Shown here one piece after another: positions 40,514-49,596 of a DNA stretch of 64,000 nucleotides. A program made the translations under genes and the position numbers. The notes below the pieces were generated by a model. It did not search any database. It had not been told where the DNA came from and worked only from the letters and a program-made list of their open reading frames with translations. Every line of letters begins with the position of its first letter. Position 1 is the first letter of the stretch. The DNA comes from Pseudomonadota bacterium. GTDB lineage: Bacteria > Pseudomonadota > Gammaproteobacteria > Burkholderiales > Thiobacillaceae. The stretch spans positions 591-64,590 of the forward strand of contig JAUXXW010000201.1 in NCBI GenBank assembly GCA_030684775.1. Reading direction: 5' to 3'.

Positions 40514-41179
40514 TCAATAACGAGTTGGATCGGGAACCCCGGCCTCCACAAAGCCCTGGCGACGCAGACGGCAGGAATCGCAAAGACCGCAGGCGCGCCC
40601 CGTTGCATCGGCCTGATAGCAGGACACGGTCTGCGCATAATCCACGCCCAGGCGCATCCCCAGGCGGATGATCTCGGCCTTGGAAAGATCGATCAGCGGC
40701 GCCCGGACATGAATCGGACGCCCTTCGACGGCGCGCTTGGTGGCGACATCCGCCAGGCGTTGATAGGCCGCGATGAAGTCGGGCCGGCAGTCCGGGTAGC
40801 CGGAATAATCCAGGGCATTGACGCCGATATAGATGGCCTCGGCGTCCAGCACCTCGGCCCAGCCCAGCGCCAGTGACAACATGATGGTGTTGCGCGCCGG
40901 CACATAGGTCACCGGAATGCCTTCCGTCGGGCTTTCCGGCACGGCGATGCTGTTATCGGTAAGGGCGGAACCGCCGAACGAACCCATATCCAGACGCATG
41001 ACGCGAAGTTCACGCACGCCCTGATGGCTGGCGACGGCGCGCGCCGCCGCCAACTCGGCATGATGGCGCTGGCCGTAATCCAGGCTAAGCGCATGGCAGT
41101 CGTAGCCCTGTTCGCGCGCCACCGCGAGCGCGGTGGCGGAATCCAGGCCACCCGAGAGCAGTACCACGGCGCGCATCAT
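40514..41179 (-). CDS. queC: 7-cyano-7-deazaguanine synthase
   Basis: [19 protein letters not shown] (PP-loop) ... [10 protein letters not shown] (Zn site). ATG 41179 overlaps the queE stop (ATGA). Confidence 0.9.
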   Translation of the reverse strand: MMRAVVLLSGGLDSATALAVAREQGYDCHALSLDYGQRHHAELAAARAVASHQGVRELRVMRLDMGSFGGSALTDNSIAVPESPTEGIPVTYVPARNTIMLSLALGWAEVLDAEAIYIGVNALDYSGYPDCRPDFIAAYQRLADVATKRAVEGRPIHVRAPLIDLSKAEIIRLGMRLGVDYAQTVSCYQADATGRACGLCDSCRLRRQGFVEAGVPDPTRY

Positions 41180-41871
41180 TTCCCGCGCGCCTCGCTCCAG
41201 AGCAGTTTGTGCAACTGCACCTGCATGCGCACCGGCAGGCCGTCGCGCAGTATCCACTCCGCCAGATCGGTCGGATCAAGCATGCTCCAGGCCGGCGAGA
41301 ACAGCACCGGACAGCATGCCGCGATACCACGTTCCCGCAATATGTCCCGCGCCCACAGGTAATCCGCCTCATCGGTGAGCACGAACTTCACTTCATCGTG
41401 TGGGTTGAGCAGTTCGAGATTGCGCCAGAGGTTGCGTTCAACCTCGCCCGAGCCCGGCGTCTTCACATCGACGATACGGGCCACGCGCGCATCCACCGGG
41501 CCGATATCGAGCGCGCCGCTGGTTTCCAGGGAAACGTCAAAACCGGCGTCGCTCAGTACCGTGAGCAGATCGAGACAGCCCTTCTGCGCCAACGGCTCGC
41601 CGCCGCTGACCGTGACATGGCGTGTGGGAAATCCGCGCGTTTGCGCCAGGAGATCGCCGACCGTGCGCCATTCCCCTCCCTGAAAAGCGTATTCGGTATC
41701 GCAATAACCGCAGCGCAGCGGGCAGCCGGTCAGGCGGATGAACACACTGGGCAGGCCGACCCGGCTGGCCTCGCCCTGCAGGGAAAAGAAGACTTCACTG
41801 ACGCGAAGCCGGGTATCGAACCGTTCATGGCCGGATGGCTGTCCCCGCTCCCGCGAGCCGAAGCCGGCCAT
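41176..41871 (-). CDS. queE: 7-carboxy-7-deazaguanine synthase (radical SAM)
   Basis: ...[38 protein letters not shown]...[11 protein letters not shown] chose the start at ATG 41871. The longer ORF (41961) runs through a repeat arm. Confidence 0.8.
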   Translation of the reverse strand: MAGFGSRERGQPSGHERFDTRLRVSEVFFSLQGEASRVGLPSVFIRLTGCPLRCGYCDTEYAFQGGEWRTVGDLLAQTRGFPTRHVTVSGGEPLAQKGCLDLLTVLSDAGFDVSLETSGALDIGPVDARVARIVDVKTPGSGEVERNLWRNLELLNPHDEVKFVLTDEADYLWARDILRERGIAACCPVLFSPAWSMLDPTDLAEWILRDGLPVRMQVQLHKLLWSEARGK

Positions 41872-41878
41872 GAACGGT

Positions 41879-41945
41879 TCCCTCACCCCCAGCCCCTCTC
41901 CCGGGGGGAGAGGAGAGCTTCGAGAGTCGCCACGCGACTTGCTGA
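41879..41945. repeat. Partial palindromic element (one G/C arm plus short core) just upstream of queE
   Basis: cctcacccccagcccctctcccggggggagagg followed by the hairpin agtcgc-cac-gcgact. In the extended ORF it reads SPLPPGEGLGVRE. Confidence 0.6.
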
Positions 41946-41957
41946 AGAACGAAGTAC

Positions 41958-42758
41958 TCAATTGAGCGTGGCGAGCAACTTCTTGCCGGTGGCTGCCGCT
42001 TTGCTGAAGGGATATTTGGCCATCAACTGTTCCAGCGTGGTACGCGCCTGGGCCAGTTCGTTCGATTGAATCCGGGCACGCGCCAGCGACAACATGGCAT
42101 CAGGCGCCTTGGAGCTGTTCGGGTACTCGTCGATCAACTTCTGGTAAGCGGTTGCCGCAGCGGGGAAATCCCCCAGATTGACCTGGGAGAAGCCCATCCA
42201 GTAAACCGCGTTGGGCGCCAAACTGCCGCCCGGATACTCCACCTGGAAAGCCCGCATGGCCTGCACCGCCTCCATGTATTTACCGCCTTTCACCAACGCA
42301 TGGGCGGCACTGTAGGCACGCGACTCCGCCTCGGGATCGACGGCGCGAGGCACGCTCGCCGGGATGCTGGCCAGTGTCTGCGCCGTTTGCAGACGAACGG
42401 CATCCGTCTGTGCGGGTAGGGGGCGGCTCGCCAGTTCCCTGACCTGAGTGAGGCGCGTATCCAGATCCATGAACAGATCCTTGACACGCTTCTCCGCCAC
42501 ATCCATCTGATACGCCTGTTCTTCCTGGAAGCCACGCAAGCGCGCCACCTCGGATTTGAGCGCCGAAATCTGGTTGAGCAGATCGATCATCCCCTTGTTC
42601 TGCATCTGCGCTTCCAGGCGCGCGATCCGCTCCTGTTGCGCCTGCAGGGTCTTTTGCAATTCGATGGCGGTTGCCGACGCATCTTCCGCCGGGCCGGCAT
42701 GCGCGTATGAAATTGCGAGAAAAACGGACGCCAAGGCCATCCGCGCCATCTTGTTCAT
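41958..42758 (-). CDS. cpoB: Tol-Pal system protein CpoB (YbgF)
   Basis: Signal peptide MNKMARMALASVFLAISYAHA, then a coiled coil and C-terminal TPRs. SD AAGGAG. Confidence 0.85.
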   Translation of the reverse strand: MNKMARMALASVFLAISYAHAGPAEDASATAIELQKTLQAQQERIARLEAQMQNKGMIDLLNQISALKSEVARLRGFQEEQAYQMDVAEKRVKDLFMDLDTRLTQVRELASRPLPAQTDAVRLQTAQTLASIPASVPRAVDPEAESRAYSAAHALVKGGKYMEAVQAMRAFQVEYPGGSLAPNAVYWMGFSQVNLGDFPAAATAYQKLIDEYPNSSKAPDAMLSLARARIQSNELAQARTTLEQLMAKYPFSKAAATGKKLLATLN

Positions 42759-42801
42759 CAAAACACTCCTTTGTTCAGACCATCGCCGGCAAGCCGGTAC
42801 A

Positions 42802-43599
42802 TCACTCGCCCTGGTAAAGAATCTCGGTGCGGCGATTCTGCTGCCAGGCTTCTTCATCATGCCCCTCGGCGACCGGCTTCTCCTCGCCCATGGAGACGGC
42901 TTCCATCTGTGCTTCCGGCACGCCCAGCAGGCTCATGGCATTGAACACGCTCTCCGCGCGGCGCTGGCCCAGCGCCAGGTTGTATTCGCGGCTGCCGCGC
43001 TCGTCGGCATGGCCTTGCAGAATGGACTTGGCCGCCTTGTTGGCTTTCATGAACTGGACATGCGCTTCGAGCACCGGACGATATTCGTCACGAATGGCGG
43101 CACTGTCGTAGTCGAACAGCAGACGGCGCTTCGACAGGGGATTCTCGGGATTCTTCAAATCACCCCAGGCCGGCACGGCATCGGGCTGGGGCAAGGTGGA
43201 GGCATCTTGCGCGGCCGTGGACTTGTCCCCTCCCACAACGCCACCGCTCTTTGCATCAGCGGCGGATTTGCCGTCGGCCAGGGATTTGACTTCGCTGCTC
43301 GCGGCCGTCGCGCCACGCGTTTGTACGGACTCCGTGGTTTTGCTCGAAATGGGTTGGGTCGCCGTGCCCGAAGTATTCACCCCCGCGCCGGGCTTGTTCG
43401 CCGCTTCGGATACGGGTATCGCACGCGCGGCCCCCTGGGTTTCAACCCGGGCAGCCTCGACAATTTTCACGCCTTCCATCTGCTCGGCTTCTGCGGCCTT
43501 GATGCCACGATCCTCGATGGCGGCTTCTTTGGAAGGATTACCGGAACAACCGGCCAATAATGCGGCCAGCAGAAGAGCGGAATAGGCGAGTTGTTTCAT
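42802..43599 (-). CDS. pal: Peptidoglycan-associated lipoprotein Pal (with long low-complexity linker)
   Basis: MKQLAYSALLLAALLAGCS (lipobox). C-terminal OmpA-like domain ...LQGHADERGSREYNLALGQRRAESV. SD AAGGAG. Confidence 0.9.
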   Translation of the reverse strand: MKQLAYSALLLAALLAGCSGNPSKEAAIEDRGIKAAEAEQMEGVKIVEAARVETQGAARAIPVSEAANKPGAGVNTSGTATQPISSKTTESVQTRGATAASSEVKSLADGKSAADAKSGGVVGGDKSTAAQDASTLPQPDAVPAWGDLKNPENPLSKRRLLFDYDSAAIRDEYRPVLEAHVQFMKANKAAKSILQGHADERGSREYNLALGQRRAESVFNAMSLLGVPEAQMEAVSMGEEKPVAEGHDEEAWQQNRRTEILYQGE

Positions 43600-43653
43600 T
43601 GGAACTCCTTGCGTGATGTTGAATGATCTCGATGATCGCAAACCGGAAAAATA

Positions 43654-44928
43654 TCAGGGGCCCCAGGCCGGCTCGCGCAAATCGCCACTTTGCGAAAGCC
43701 GCTGTTTCACCTTGCCATCCACACTGACCGTGGCGAGGATGCCGCGGTTGTTGACCAGCGTGGCATACAGCAGGAGGCGGCCATTGGATGCAAAACTGGG
43801 GGACTCGTCATACGCGGTCTCGGTAAGCACCTGCATCTGGCGACTGTTCAGATCCATTGCCGCGATGTGAAAGCGGCCGTCGCGACGATGCACAAAGGCC
43901 AACGTGCGGCCATCCGGCGACAAGGCGGGCGAGACATTGTAGCCGCCCTCGAACGTCACCCGGGTCGCCGCTCCGGTGGACAGCGAAGCCCGGTAGATCT
44001 GCGGCGAGCCGCCGCGATCGGAGGTGAAATACAGCCACTGCCCATCCGGGCTGAATACCGCTTCGGTATCCAGCGCGCCGCCGCGCGTGAAGCGGGCGGC
44101 CTCGCCGGTGAGCAGATCGAGCAGGTAGATCTGTGAAGTCTCATCCTTGGACAGCGTCACGGCCAGGCGGCGACCATCCGGCGACCAGGCCGGCGCCGAG
44201 TTGGAGCCGCGAAACCTGGCCACGGCGCGGCGGCTGCCGTCCGCCAGATTCTGCACATAGACCACCGGCTTTTTGTCCTCGAAGGAAACATAGGCAAGGC
44301 GCTGTCCGTCGGGAGACCAGGCGGGCGAGATAAGCGGCTCCGGGGAAGCCGTTATGGTCACCGCGTTCTGGCTATCGGCATCCGCCACCTGGAGTTCATA
44401 GCGACCGCCACGTTTTAGGATGTAGGCAATGCGCCCGCCATAGGCGCCCGGCTCGCCCAGCAGGGCCTGATGCACGGCATCGGCGATCCGATGCGCCACG
44501 GCACGCAGGCCGGCCGAGCTGGTCGTATAGGACAGGGCGGCCAGCCGAGTCTGGCGGACGGCATCGAACAGCCAGAAACGGACCTCGACACGGTCGCCAC
44601 TCTGCGGCCGAATCTGCCCGATCACCACGGCATCGGCGCCACGGTTTTTCCAGTCCTGGAGTTGCACATCCTGAGGCTCCGCCGGGGGCACGGCCACATC
44701 GCTGACATCCAGCACCCTGAAGTAGCCGCTGCGCCCAAGATCGCCCGCCACCACTTCGGCGGGGTTCCTCAGGCCGAGCGGCATACCCGGCGCCACGGGA
44801 ACCGAGAACGGCAGGATCGCGACGGGAATCTGGTTGGCGGCGCCACCGACAATTTCGATGGTCATCGCCGCCCTGGCCGGCAGAGCCAGGAGACAAAACA
44901 GAAAGGGAAGGAATAGGCGCAAAAACAT
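43654..44928 (-). CDS. tolB: Tol-Pal system beta-propeller protein TolB
   Basis: MFLRLFLPFLFCLLALPARA signal peptide, then repeated PAWSPDG propeller motifs. 424 aa. The ORF track start (45153) extends through a MITE. Confidence 0.9.
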   Translation of the reverse strand: MFLRLFLPFLFCLLALPARAAMTIEIVGGAANQIPVAILPFSVPVAPGMPLGLRNPAEVVAGDLGRSGYFRVLDVSDVAVPPAEPQDVQLQDWKNRGADAVVIGQIRPQSGDRVEVRFWLFDAVRQTRLAALSYTTSSAGLRAVAHRIADAVHQALLGEPGAYGGRIAYILKRGGRYELQVADADSQNAVTITASPEPLISPAWSPDGQRLAYVSFEDKKPVVYVQNLADGSRRAVARFRGSNSAPAWSPDGRRLAVTLSKDETSQIYLLDLLTGEAARFTRGGALDTEAVFSPDGQWLYFTSDRGGSPQIYRASLSTGAATRVTFEGGYNVSPALSPDGRTLAFVHRRDGRFHIAAMDLNSRQMQVLTETAYDESPSFASNGRLLLYATLVNNRGILATVSVDGKVKQRLSQSGDLREPAWGP

Positions 44929-44975
44929 GTGGGATACCGGCTGCAACGCCGCGAATGTTATCAGTAAAAAAACCC

Positions 44976-45134
44976 GTGTCGCGCCAAGCCTAAAGTGTCG
45001 GATTACCGCGCCGCCATCGGCGTGCAGGGCAAGGCGCAAGCCGCCGCCAATGCCGGCCGCCTTGGCAAGGCTTGCAACGCAGCCATGCGCGGCGGGGGCA
45101 AGTGGGGGCCGACACTTTAGGCTTGGCGCGACAC
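44976..45134. mobile_element. MITE-like element G with perfect 26-bp terminal inverted repeats, between tolA and tolB
   Basis: gtgtcgcgccaagcctaaagtgtcgg (44976-45001) and its exact reverse complement (45109-45134). The right end abuts the tolA stop codon. Confidence 0.8.
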
Positions 45135-45994
45135 TAGCCCCCGCCGCTTGCATCCTCGCGCGGACGGAACTTGAGAATCAGGTCATCGCGAAAAACCGCC
45201 GCGACATCGCGCTCATTGGGCAAGGGCAGCGGTGAAGCCTTGAGAATGGCGCGCTCCATTTCCTGGTCGTAGGCCGGCTGGCCGCTGCCGCGCACCAGGG
45301 TCACCCGCACGACTTCGCCATTGGGCAGCAATGCCACCCTGAAAATCACCTCCGGGTTGCCGGTGAGGTTATGCGGCAGGCGCAGATACCCCAGAATCTT
45401 GCCGCGAATCCGGTCCTGGAACTCACCGACCAGACGCGCTTGTCGTCTGGAACTGGCCTGCTGTCTTTGCAGCACGCCTCGCAGTTGGGTTTCTTCCGCC
45501 TCCAGTTCCTCCCGCGCCTGGCGCGTCAGTTCCTGCTCCATTTCCCGACGTGCCTGCGCGCGCTGCAATTGCACCTGTCTGAGTTTTTCCACCTGCGCCG
45601 CACGGTCGGCATTTTCCTTCTCGATGCGTGTTTGCTCTTCGGCCTGGCGCTGCAATTCCAACTGCTCGCTCGCCTCCTTCGCAATCCGTCTCTTCTCCGC
45701 GCGTTCCAGCGCGATATCGGGCTTGGCCAGCGCGGGTTTCGCCACCTCGGGTTGCGGCGCCTCGATCTTGGGCAACTCCGGTGCCGGCAAGGCTTCGAGG
45801 GGAGGCTCCGGCGGCAATGCCGGGACGAGCGCGGCGGGAGGTTCCGGCAAGGCGCTCCACAACTCCGCCTCCACCGGCAAATGCGGCAGGCTGCGCCAGG
45901 AAATACTCATCAGGAGAAAGCCGACGAACGCCCCATGCACCAGCAGCGACATGCCGCCGGAGGAAATATGCTGGAAGGGGCCGGCCCGGTTCAT
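45134..45994 (-). CDS. tolA: Tol-Pal system protein TolA
   Basis: N-terminal TM segment, a Pro-rich then E/K/R/Q-rich helical region, and a C-terminal TolA domain. Confidence 0.8.
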   Translation of the reverse strand: MNRAGPFQHISSGGMSLLVHGAFVGFLLMSISWRSLPHLPVEAELWSALPEPPAALVPALPPEPPLEALPAPELPKIEAPQPEVAKPALAKPDIALERAEKRRIAKEASEQLELQRQAEEQTRIEKENADRAAQVEKLRQVQLQRAQARREMEQELTRQAREELEAEETQLRGVLQRQQASSRRQARLVGEFQDRIRGKILGYLRLPHNLTGNPEVIFRVALLPNGEVVRVTLVRGSGQPAYDQEMERAILKASPLPLPNERDVAAVFRDDLILKFRPREDASGGG

Positions 45995-46001
45995 GCCACG
46001 T

Positions 46002-46421
46002 TCACGGCTGCGCCGGTTTCACCAGCAAGCCGACGCGGGCCACACCCAGCGTTTGCAGGGTATCCATCACCTGCATCACCTTCTCGTAGCGCACCCCCTT
46101 GTCGGCGGAAATCACCACCGCCTGGCCGGGTTGCGCCTGTTGCCGGGCACGCACGGCATCCGCCAGCGCCGCCGCCGCCACCGGCACGCCCTCCTCGTTC
46201 GCGCCACGATCACGCAGCAGCAGCGAGCCATCCTCGCGCAGCATCACTTCCAGCGGCGCGCTGGGCGCGGCCGCGCTCTTGCCCATGCTGGGCAGTTCCA
46301 CCTGGGTCGGATTGATGAAGGGCGCGGTGACCATGAAGATCACCAACAGCACCAGCATCACGTCGATATAGGGCACGACGTTGATCTGATTGACGGCCTT
46401 GCGAGTGCGGCGCGGGATCAT
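46002..46421 (-). CDS. tolR: Tol-Pal system protein TolR (ExbD family)
   Basis: 139 aa, ...INVVPYIDVMLVLLVIFMV... Confidence 0.9.
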   Translation of the reverse strand: MIPRRTRKAVNQINVVPYIDVMLVLLVIFMVTAPFINPTQVELPSMGKSAAAPSAPLEVMLREDGSLLLRDRGANEEGVPVAAAALADAVRARQQAQPGQAVVISADKGVRYEKVMQVMDTLQTLGVARVGLLVKPAQP

Positions 46422-47098
46422 TAGTGGCCAACCTCCTGTTGCAGGATGTTGGAGAACTCTTCCATGAAGATGTCGTAGCGGTTGGCCAGACGATCGATGT
46501 CATGGGTGAAGCGGTTGTAGGCGATCACGGCGGGAATCGCCGCGAACAGGCCGATGGCGGTGGCGATCAGCGCCTCGGCGATACCCGGCGCCACCTGCGC
46601 CAGCGTGGTCTGCGCCACGTTGGACAGGCCCATGAAGGCATTCATGATGCCCCACACCGTGCCCAGCAGGCCGACATAGGGCGACACCGACCCCACTGTC
46701 GCCAGGAAGGGCAGATACGACTCCACCTGATCCATCTCGCGCTGGTACGCGGCGCGCATAGCGCGACGCGCGCTTTCCACCACCGCCTGGGAATCGACGG
46801 CGCGCCCGCGCTTGGCGCGGAACTCGCGCATTCCTGCGCGGAACACTTCTTCCAGGCTGCTGCGGCGCCCCTCCTCATCGACGCGATCGAGCACATTCTT
46901 GTGGCCGCCGCCCCAGAATTCCTTCTCGAAAGACTCCGCCTCCCGCCGTTCGCGGCGCAGGGTGAACAGCTTCTCGAAGATCAGCCACCAGGACGTCACC
47001 GAGGCGAACAGCAACAGCAGCATCACCGCCTTCACCACCCAACTGGCTTGGGCGACGAGGGTGATCAGATTCATATCGTGCGAGAGAGCGAGTTCCAT
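46421..47098 (-). CDS. tolQ: Tol-Pal system protein TolQ (MotA/ExbB family)
   Basis: 225 aa, three TM segments, ...GLLGTVWGIMNAF... Confidence 0.9.
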   Translation of the reverse strand: MELALSHDMNLITLVAQASWVVKAVMLLLLFASVTSWWLIFEKLFTLRRERREAESFEKEFWGGGHKNVLDRVDEEGRRSSLEEVFRAGMREFRAKRGRAVDSQAVVESARRAMRAAYQREMDQVESYLPFLATVGSVSPYVGLLGTVWGIMNAFMGLSNVAQTTLAQVAPGIAEALIATAIGLFAAIPAVIAYNRFTHDIDRLANRYDIFMEEFSNILQQEVGH

Positions 47099-47505
47099 CA
47101 GGGCTGTATTTTTTCGGTGACGAAGCTGGGGATTCTAGCCGGGCGAAATCCGGAGGGTTCCACGCAGGCTACCTGCACCCGCGCGGTGAGCAGTCGCTCA
47201 CTGCCGCGTAGAACTTCCTGTGCCATGACCAGACTGGCGCGGCCAAGTTCACTCAAATGGCTGCGCACCAGCAAACGATCGTTGAAACGCGCGGGGCGCA
47301 GGTAGTCCGCCTCCACCCGCCGCACCACGAAAAGCACCCCGGCCTCGATCGCCAGACGGTCCTGTTCCAGGCCCAGGGCGGACAGCCATTCGGTACGCGC
47401 GCGCTCCAGGAATTTCAGATAGTTGGCGTAATACACCACGCCACCCGCGTCGGTATCTTCCCAATACACGCGAACCGGCCAGTCAAAAATGGGGGAATCT
47501 TTCAT
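47098..47505 (-). CDS. ybgC: Tol-Pal-associated acyl-CoA thioesterase YbgC (4HBT fold)
   Basis: 135 aa, VRVYWEDTDAGGVVYYANYLKFLERARTEWL. Confidence 0.85.
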   Translation of the reverse strand: MKDSPIFDWPVRVYWEDTDAGGVVYYANYLKFLERARTEWLSALGLEQDRLAIEAGVLFVVRRVEADYLRPARFNDRLLVRSHLSELGRASLVMAQEVLRGSERLLTARVQVACVEPSGFRPARIPSFVTEKIQP

Positions 47506-47630
47506 CGCTCTCGCATAAGCCTCATGAAAAACAATCTAGCGGCAGTCGCCGCCGACCGCGACCAACCGGGTTGGCTGGATACATACCGGAGGGTGTGCCG
47601 TGCGCACCGATTGGCGACTCTGGATCAGCA

Positions 47631-48007
47631 GCGTAGGTTGGGCAAAGCGCAGCGTGCCCAACATCGAGGCGGTTCGTTGGGCACGCTGCGCTTTGCCCAA
47701 CCTACAGCAGCAGCCCCGCCTCGCCGCCCGGCTGAATCAGGCCGAAATGCCGCCAGGCCAGGGGCTGCGCCACCCGGCCACGCGGGGTACGGGCGAGGAA
47801 ACCCTGCTGGATAAGATAGCAGCGTAGGTTGGGCAAAGCGCAGCGTTCCCAACATCGCGGCGATTCGTTGGGCACGCTGCGCTTTGCCCAACCTACAGCA
47901 GCAACCCCGCCTCGCCGCCCGGCTGGATCAGGCCGAAATGCCGCCAGGCCAAAGGCTGCGCCACCCGGCCACGCGGGGTGCGGGCGAGGAAACCTTGCTG
48001 GATGAGA
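47631..48007. repeat. 191-bp tandem direct duplication: [family-B REP doublet plus the last ~115 nt of ruvB] twice
   Basis: Unit 1 (47631-47821) and unit 2 (47822 to about 48007) align base for base with few substitutions. Unit 2 contains the real ruvB 3' end. Confidence 0.85.
47702..47816 (-). pseudogene. Duplicated, detached 3' fragment of ruvB
   Basis: The minus strand encodes ...[35 protein letters not shown]. By my reading this matches the authentic ruvB C-terminus at nearly every residue. It has no upstream coding continuity. Confidence 0.65.
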
Positions 48008-48936
48008 TAAGGCTCCAGCACGTCCTCGATGGTGTCCGCCGCCTCACCGATGGCCGCCGCCAGGTTTTCCAGGCCAACCGGACCGCCGGAAAACTTTTCC
48101 AGCATCGCGGAAAGCAGTTTGCGGTCCATCACGTCGAGGCCGACGCTGTCCACTTCCAGCATCCTCAGGGCGGCATCGGCCACTGCGGTATCCACCTCGC
48201 CGTTCGCCTTCACCTCGGCGTAGTCGCGCACCCGGCGCAACAAACGGTTGGCGATGCGCGGCGTGCCGCGCGAACGGCGGGCGATCTCGAAGGCGCCCTC
48301 CTCCGAGGTTGGCACACCGAGCAGGCGCGCCGAACGGCTGACGATGAAAGCGAGTTCCTCCGGCGTGTAGAACTCCAGGCGGGCGACGATGCCGAAACGG
48401 TCGCGCAGCGGGTTGGTCAACATACCGGCGCGGGTGGTGGCGCCGATCAGGGTGAACGCCGGCAGATCCAGCTTCACCGAACGCGCCGCCGGCCCCTCGC
48501 CGATCATGATGTCGAGCTGAAAATCCTCCAGGGCCGGGTAAAGAATTTCCTCCACCACCGGTGAAAGGCGGTGGATCTCGTCGATGAATAGAACGTCATG
48601 CGGCTCCAGGTTGGTCAGCAGCGCGGCCAGATCACCCGCACGCTCCAGCACCGGCCCGGAAGTCATGCGCAGGTTGACCCCCATTTCCCGCGCCACGATG
48701 TGCGCCAAGGTGGTCTTGCCCAGCCCCGGCGGACCGAACAGCAGGACATGGTCGAGCGCTTCCTTGCGGTTTTTCGCCGCCGTGATGAAGATTTCCAGTT
48801 GCTCGCGCGCTCGGACTTGGCCGACATATTCAGACAGTCGTTGCGGCCGCAGCGCCCGCTCGAAGACTTCCTCATCGCGCGAAGCGGGCGCGGCGGTAAT
48901 CACGCGATCGGGAACGAGGCGGTCGGGTTCGAGCAT
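47893..48936 (-). CDS. ruvB: Holliday junction branch migration helicase RuvB
   Basis: 347 aa. Walker [20 protein letters not shown]. Confidence 0.95.
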   Translation of the reverse strand: MLEPDRLVPDRVITAAPASRDEEVFERALRPQRLSEYVGQVRAREQLEIFITAAKNRKEALDHVLLFGPPGLGKTTLAHIVAREMGVNLRMTSGPVLERAGDLAALLTNLEPHDVLFIDEIHRLSPVVEEILYPALEDFQLDIMIGEGPAARSVKLDLPAFTLIGATTRAGMLTNPLRDRFGIVARLEFYTPEELAFIVSRSARLLGVPTSEEGAFEIARRSRGTPRIANRLLRRVRDYAEVKANGEVDTAVADAALRMLEVDSVGLDVMDRKLLSAMLEKFSGGPVGLENLAAAIGEAADTIEDVLEPYLIQQGFLARTPRGRVAQPLAWRHFGLIQPGGEAGLLL

Positions 48937-48942
48937 GGTGGT

Positions 48943-49524
48943 TTACTTCCTGGCCAACAGTTTCAGGGATTGACGGATGGACTCTTCCAGGCTCAAGCCT
49001 TCCGGCAGTTGCTTCAAGGCCGGCAAGGCTTCCTTGTCCGAGTAGCCCAGGGCCAGCAGGGCGTTCAAGGCATCGTTGGCCACCGACGCCACGGCCAGGC
49101 CGGCGCCGGTTTGCGGCAGCGCGTCGGCCAGCTTGCCTTTGAGTTCCAGCAACAGGCGCTCGGCGGTTTTCTTGCCGATGCCCGGCACCTTGGTCAGGCG
49201 ACCGGCCTCCTGCAAGACGATACAGCTCGCCAGGTCATCCACACTCAACCCGGAGAGCACCGACAAGGCCAGCTTCGGCCCCACCCCGGAAATGCGAATG
49301 AGTTCACGAAACGCCGCCCGCTCCTTCTGGGTGAGAAAACCGTACAACTGCTGCGCATCCTCGCGCACCACGAAATGGGTGACCAGGACGACTTTCTCGC
49401 CGATCGCCGGCAGGTTGTAGAAGCTGCTCATCGGCACATCCACCTCGTAGCCGACGCCGGCCACATCCACCACGATTTGCGGCGGCTGTTTTTCCAGCAG
49501 GGTTCCGGTAAGTCGTCCAATCAT
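48943..49524 (-). CDS. ruvA: Holliday junction DNA-binding protein RuvA
   Basis: [31 protein letters not shown]...HhH motifs, 193 aa. Confidence 0.95.
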   Translation of the reverse strand: MIGRLTGTLLEKQPPQIVVDVAGVGYEVDVPMSSFYNLPAIGEKVVLVTHFVVREDAQQLYGFLTQKERAAFRELIRISGVGPKLALSVLSGLSVDDLASCIVLQEAGRLTKVPGIGKKTAERLLLELKGKLADALPQTGAGLAVASVANDALNALLALGYSDKEALPALKQLPEGLSLEESIRQSLKLLARK

Positions 49525-49534
49525 CTCAGCCCCT

Positions 49535-49594
49535 GTAGCGCCGGCATCCTTGCCGGCGTCTTTTAAAAAACGCCGGCAAGGATGCCGGCGCTAC
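49535..49594. repeat. REP doublet (family E: GTAGCGCCGGCATCCTTGCCGGCG) forming a long hairpin
   Basis: gtagcgccggcatccttgccggcgtcttttaaaaaacgccggcaaggatgccggcgctac is a near-perfect 25-bp inverted repeat between the prenyltransferase gene and ruvA. Confidence 0.8.
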
Positions 49595-49596
49595 AT

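Noticed and set aside
47625-47891. 88-aa minus [26 protein letters not shown]...
   Set aside because: It is composed entirely of REP units plus the out-of-frame duplicated ruvB tail. It is not a gene.
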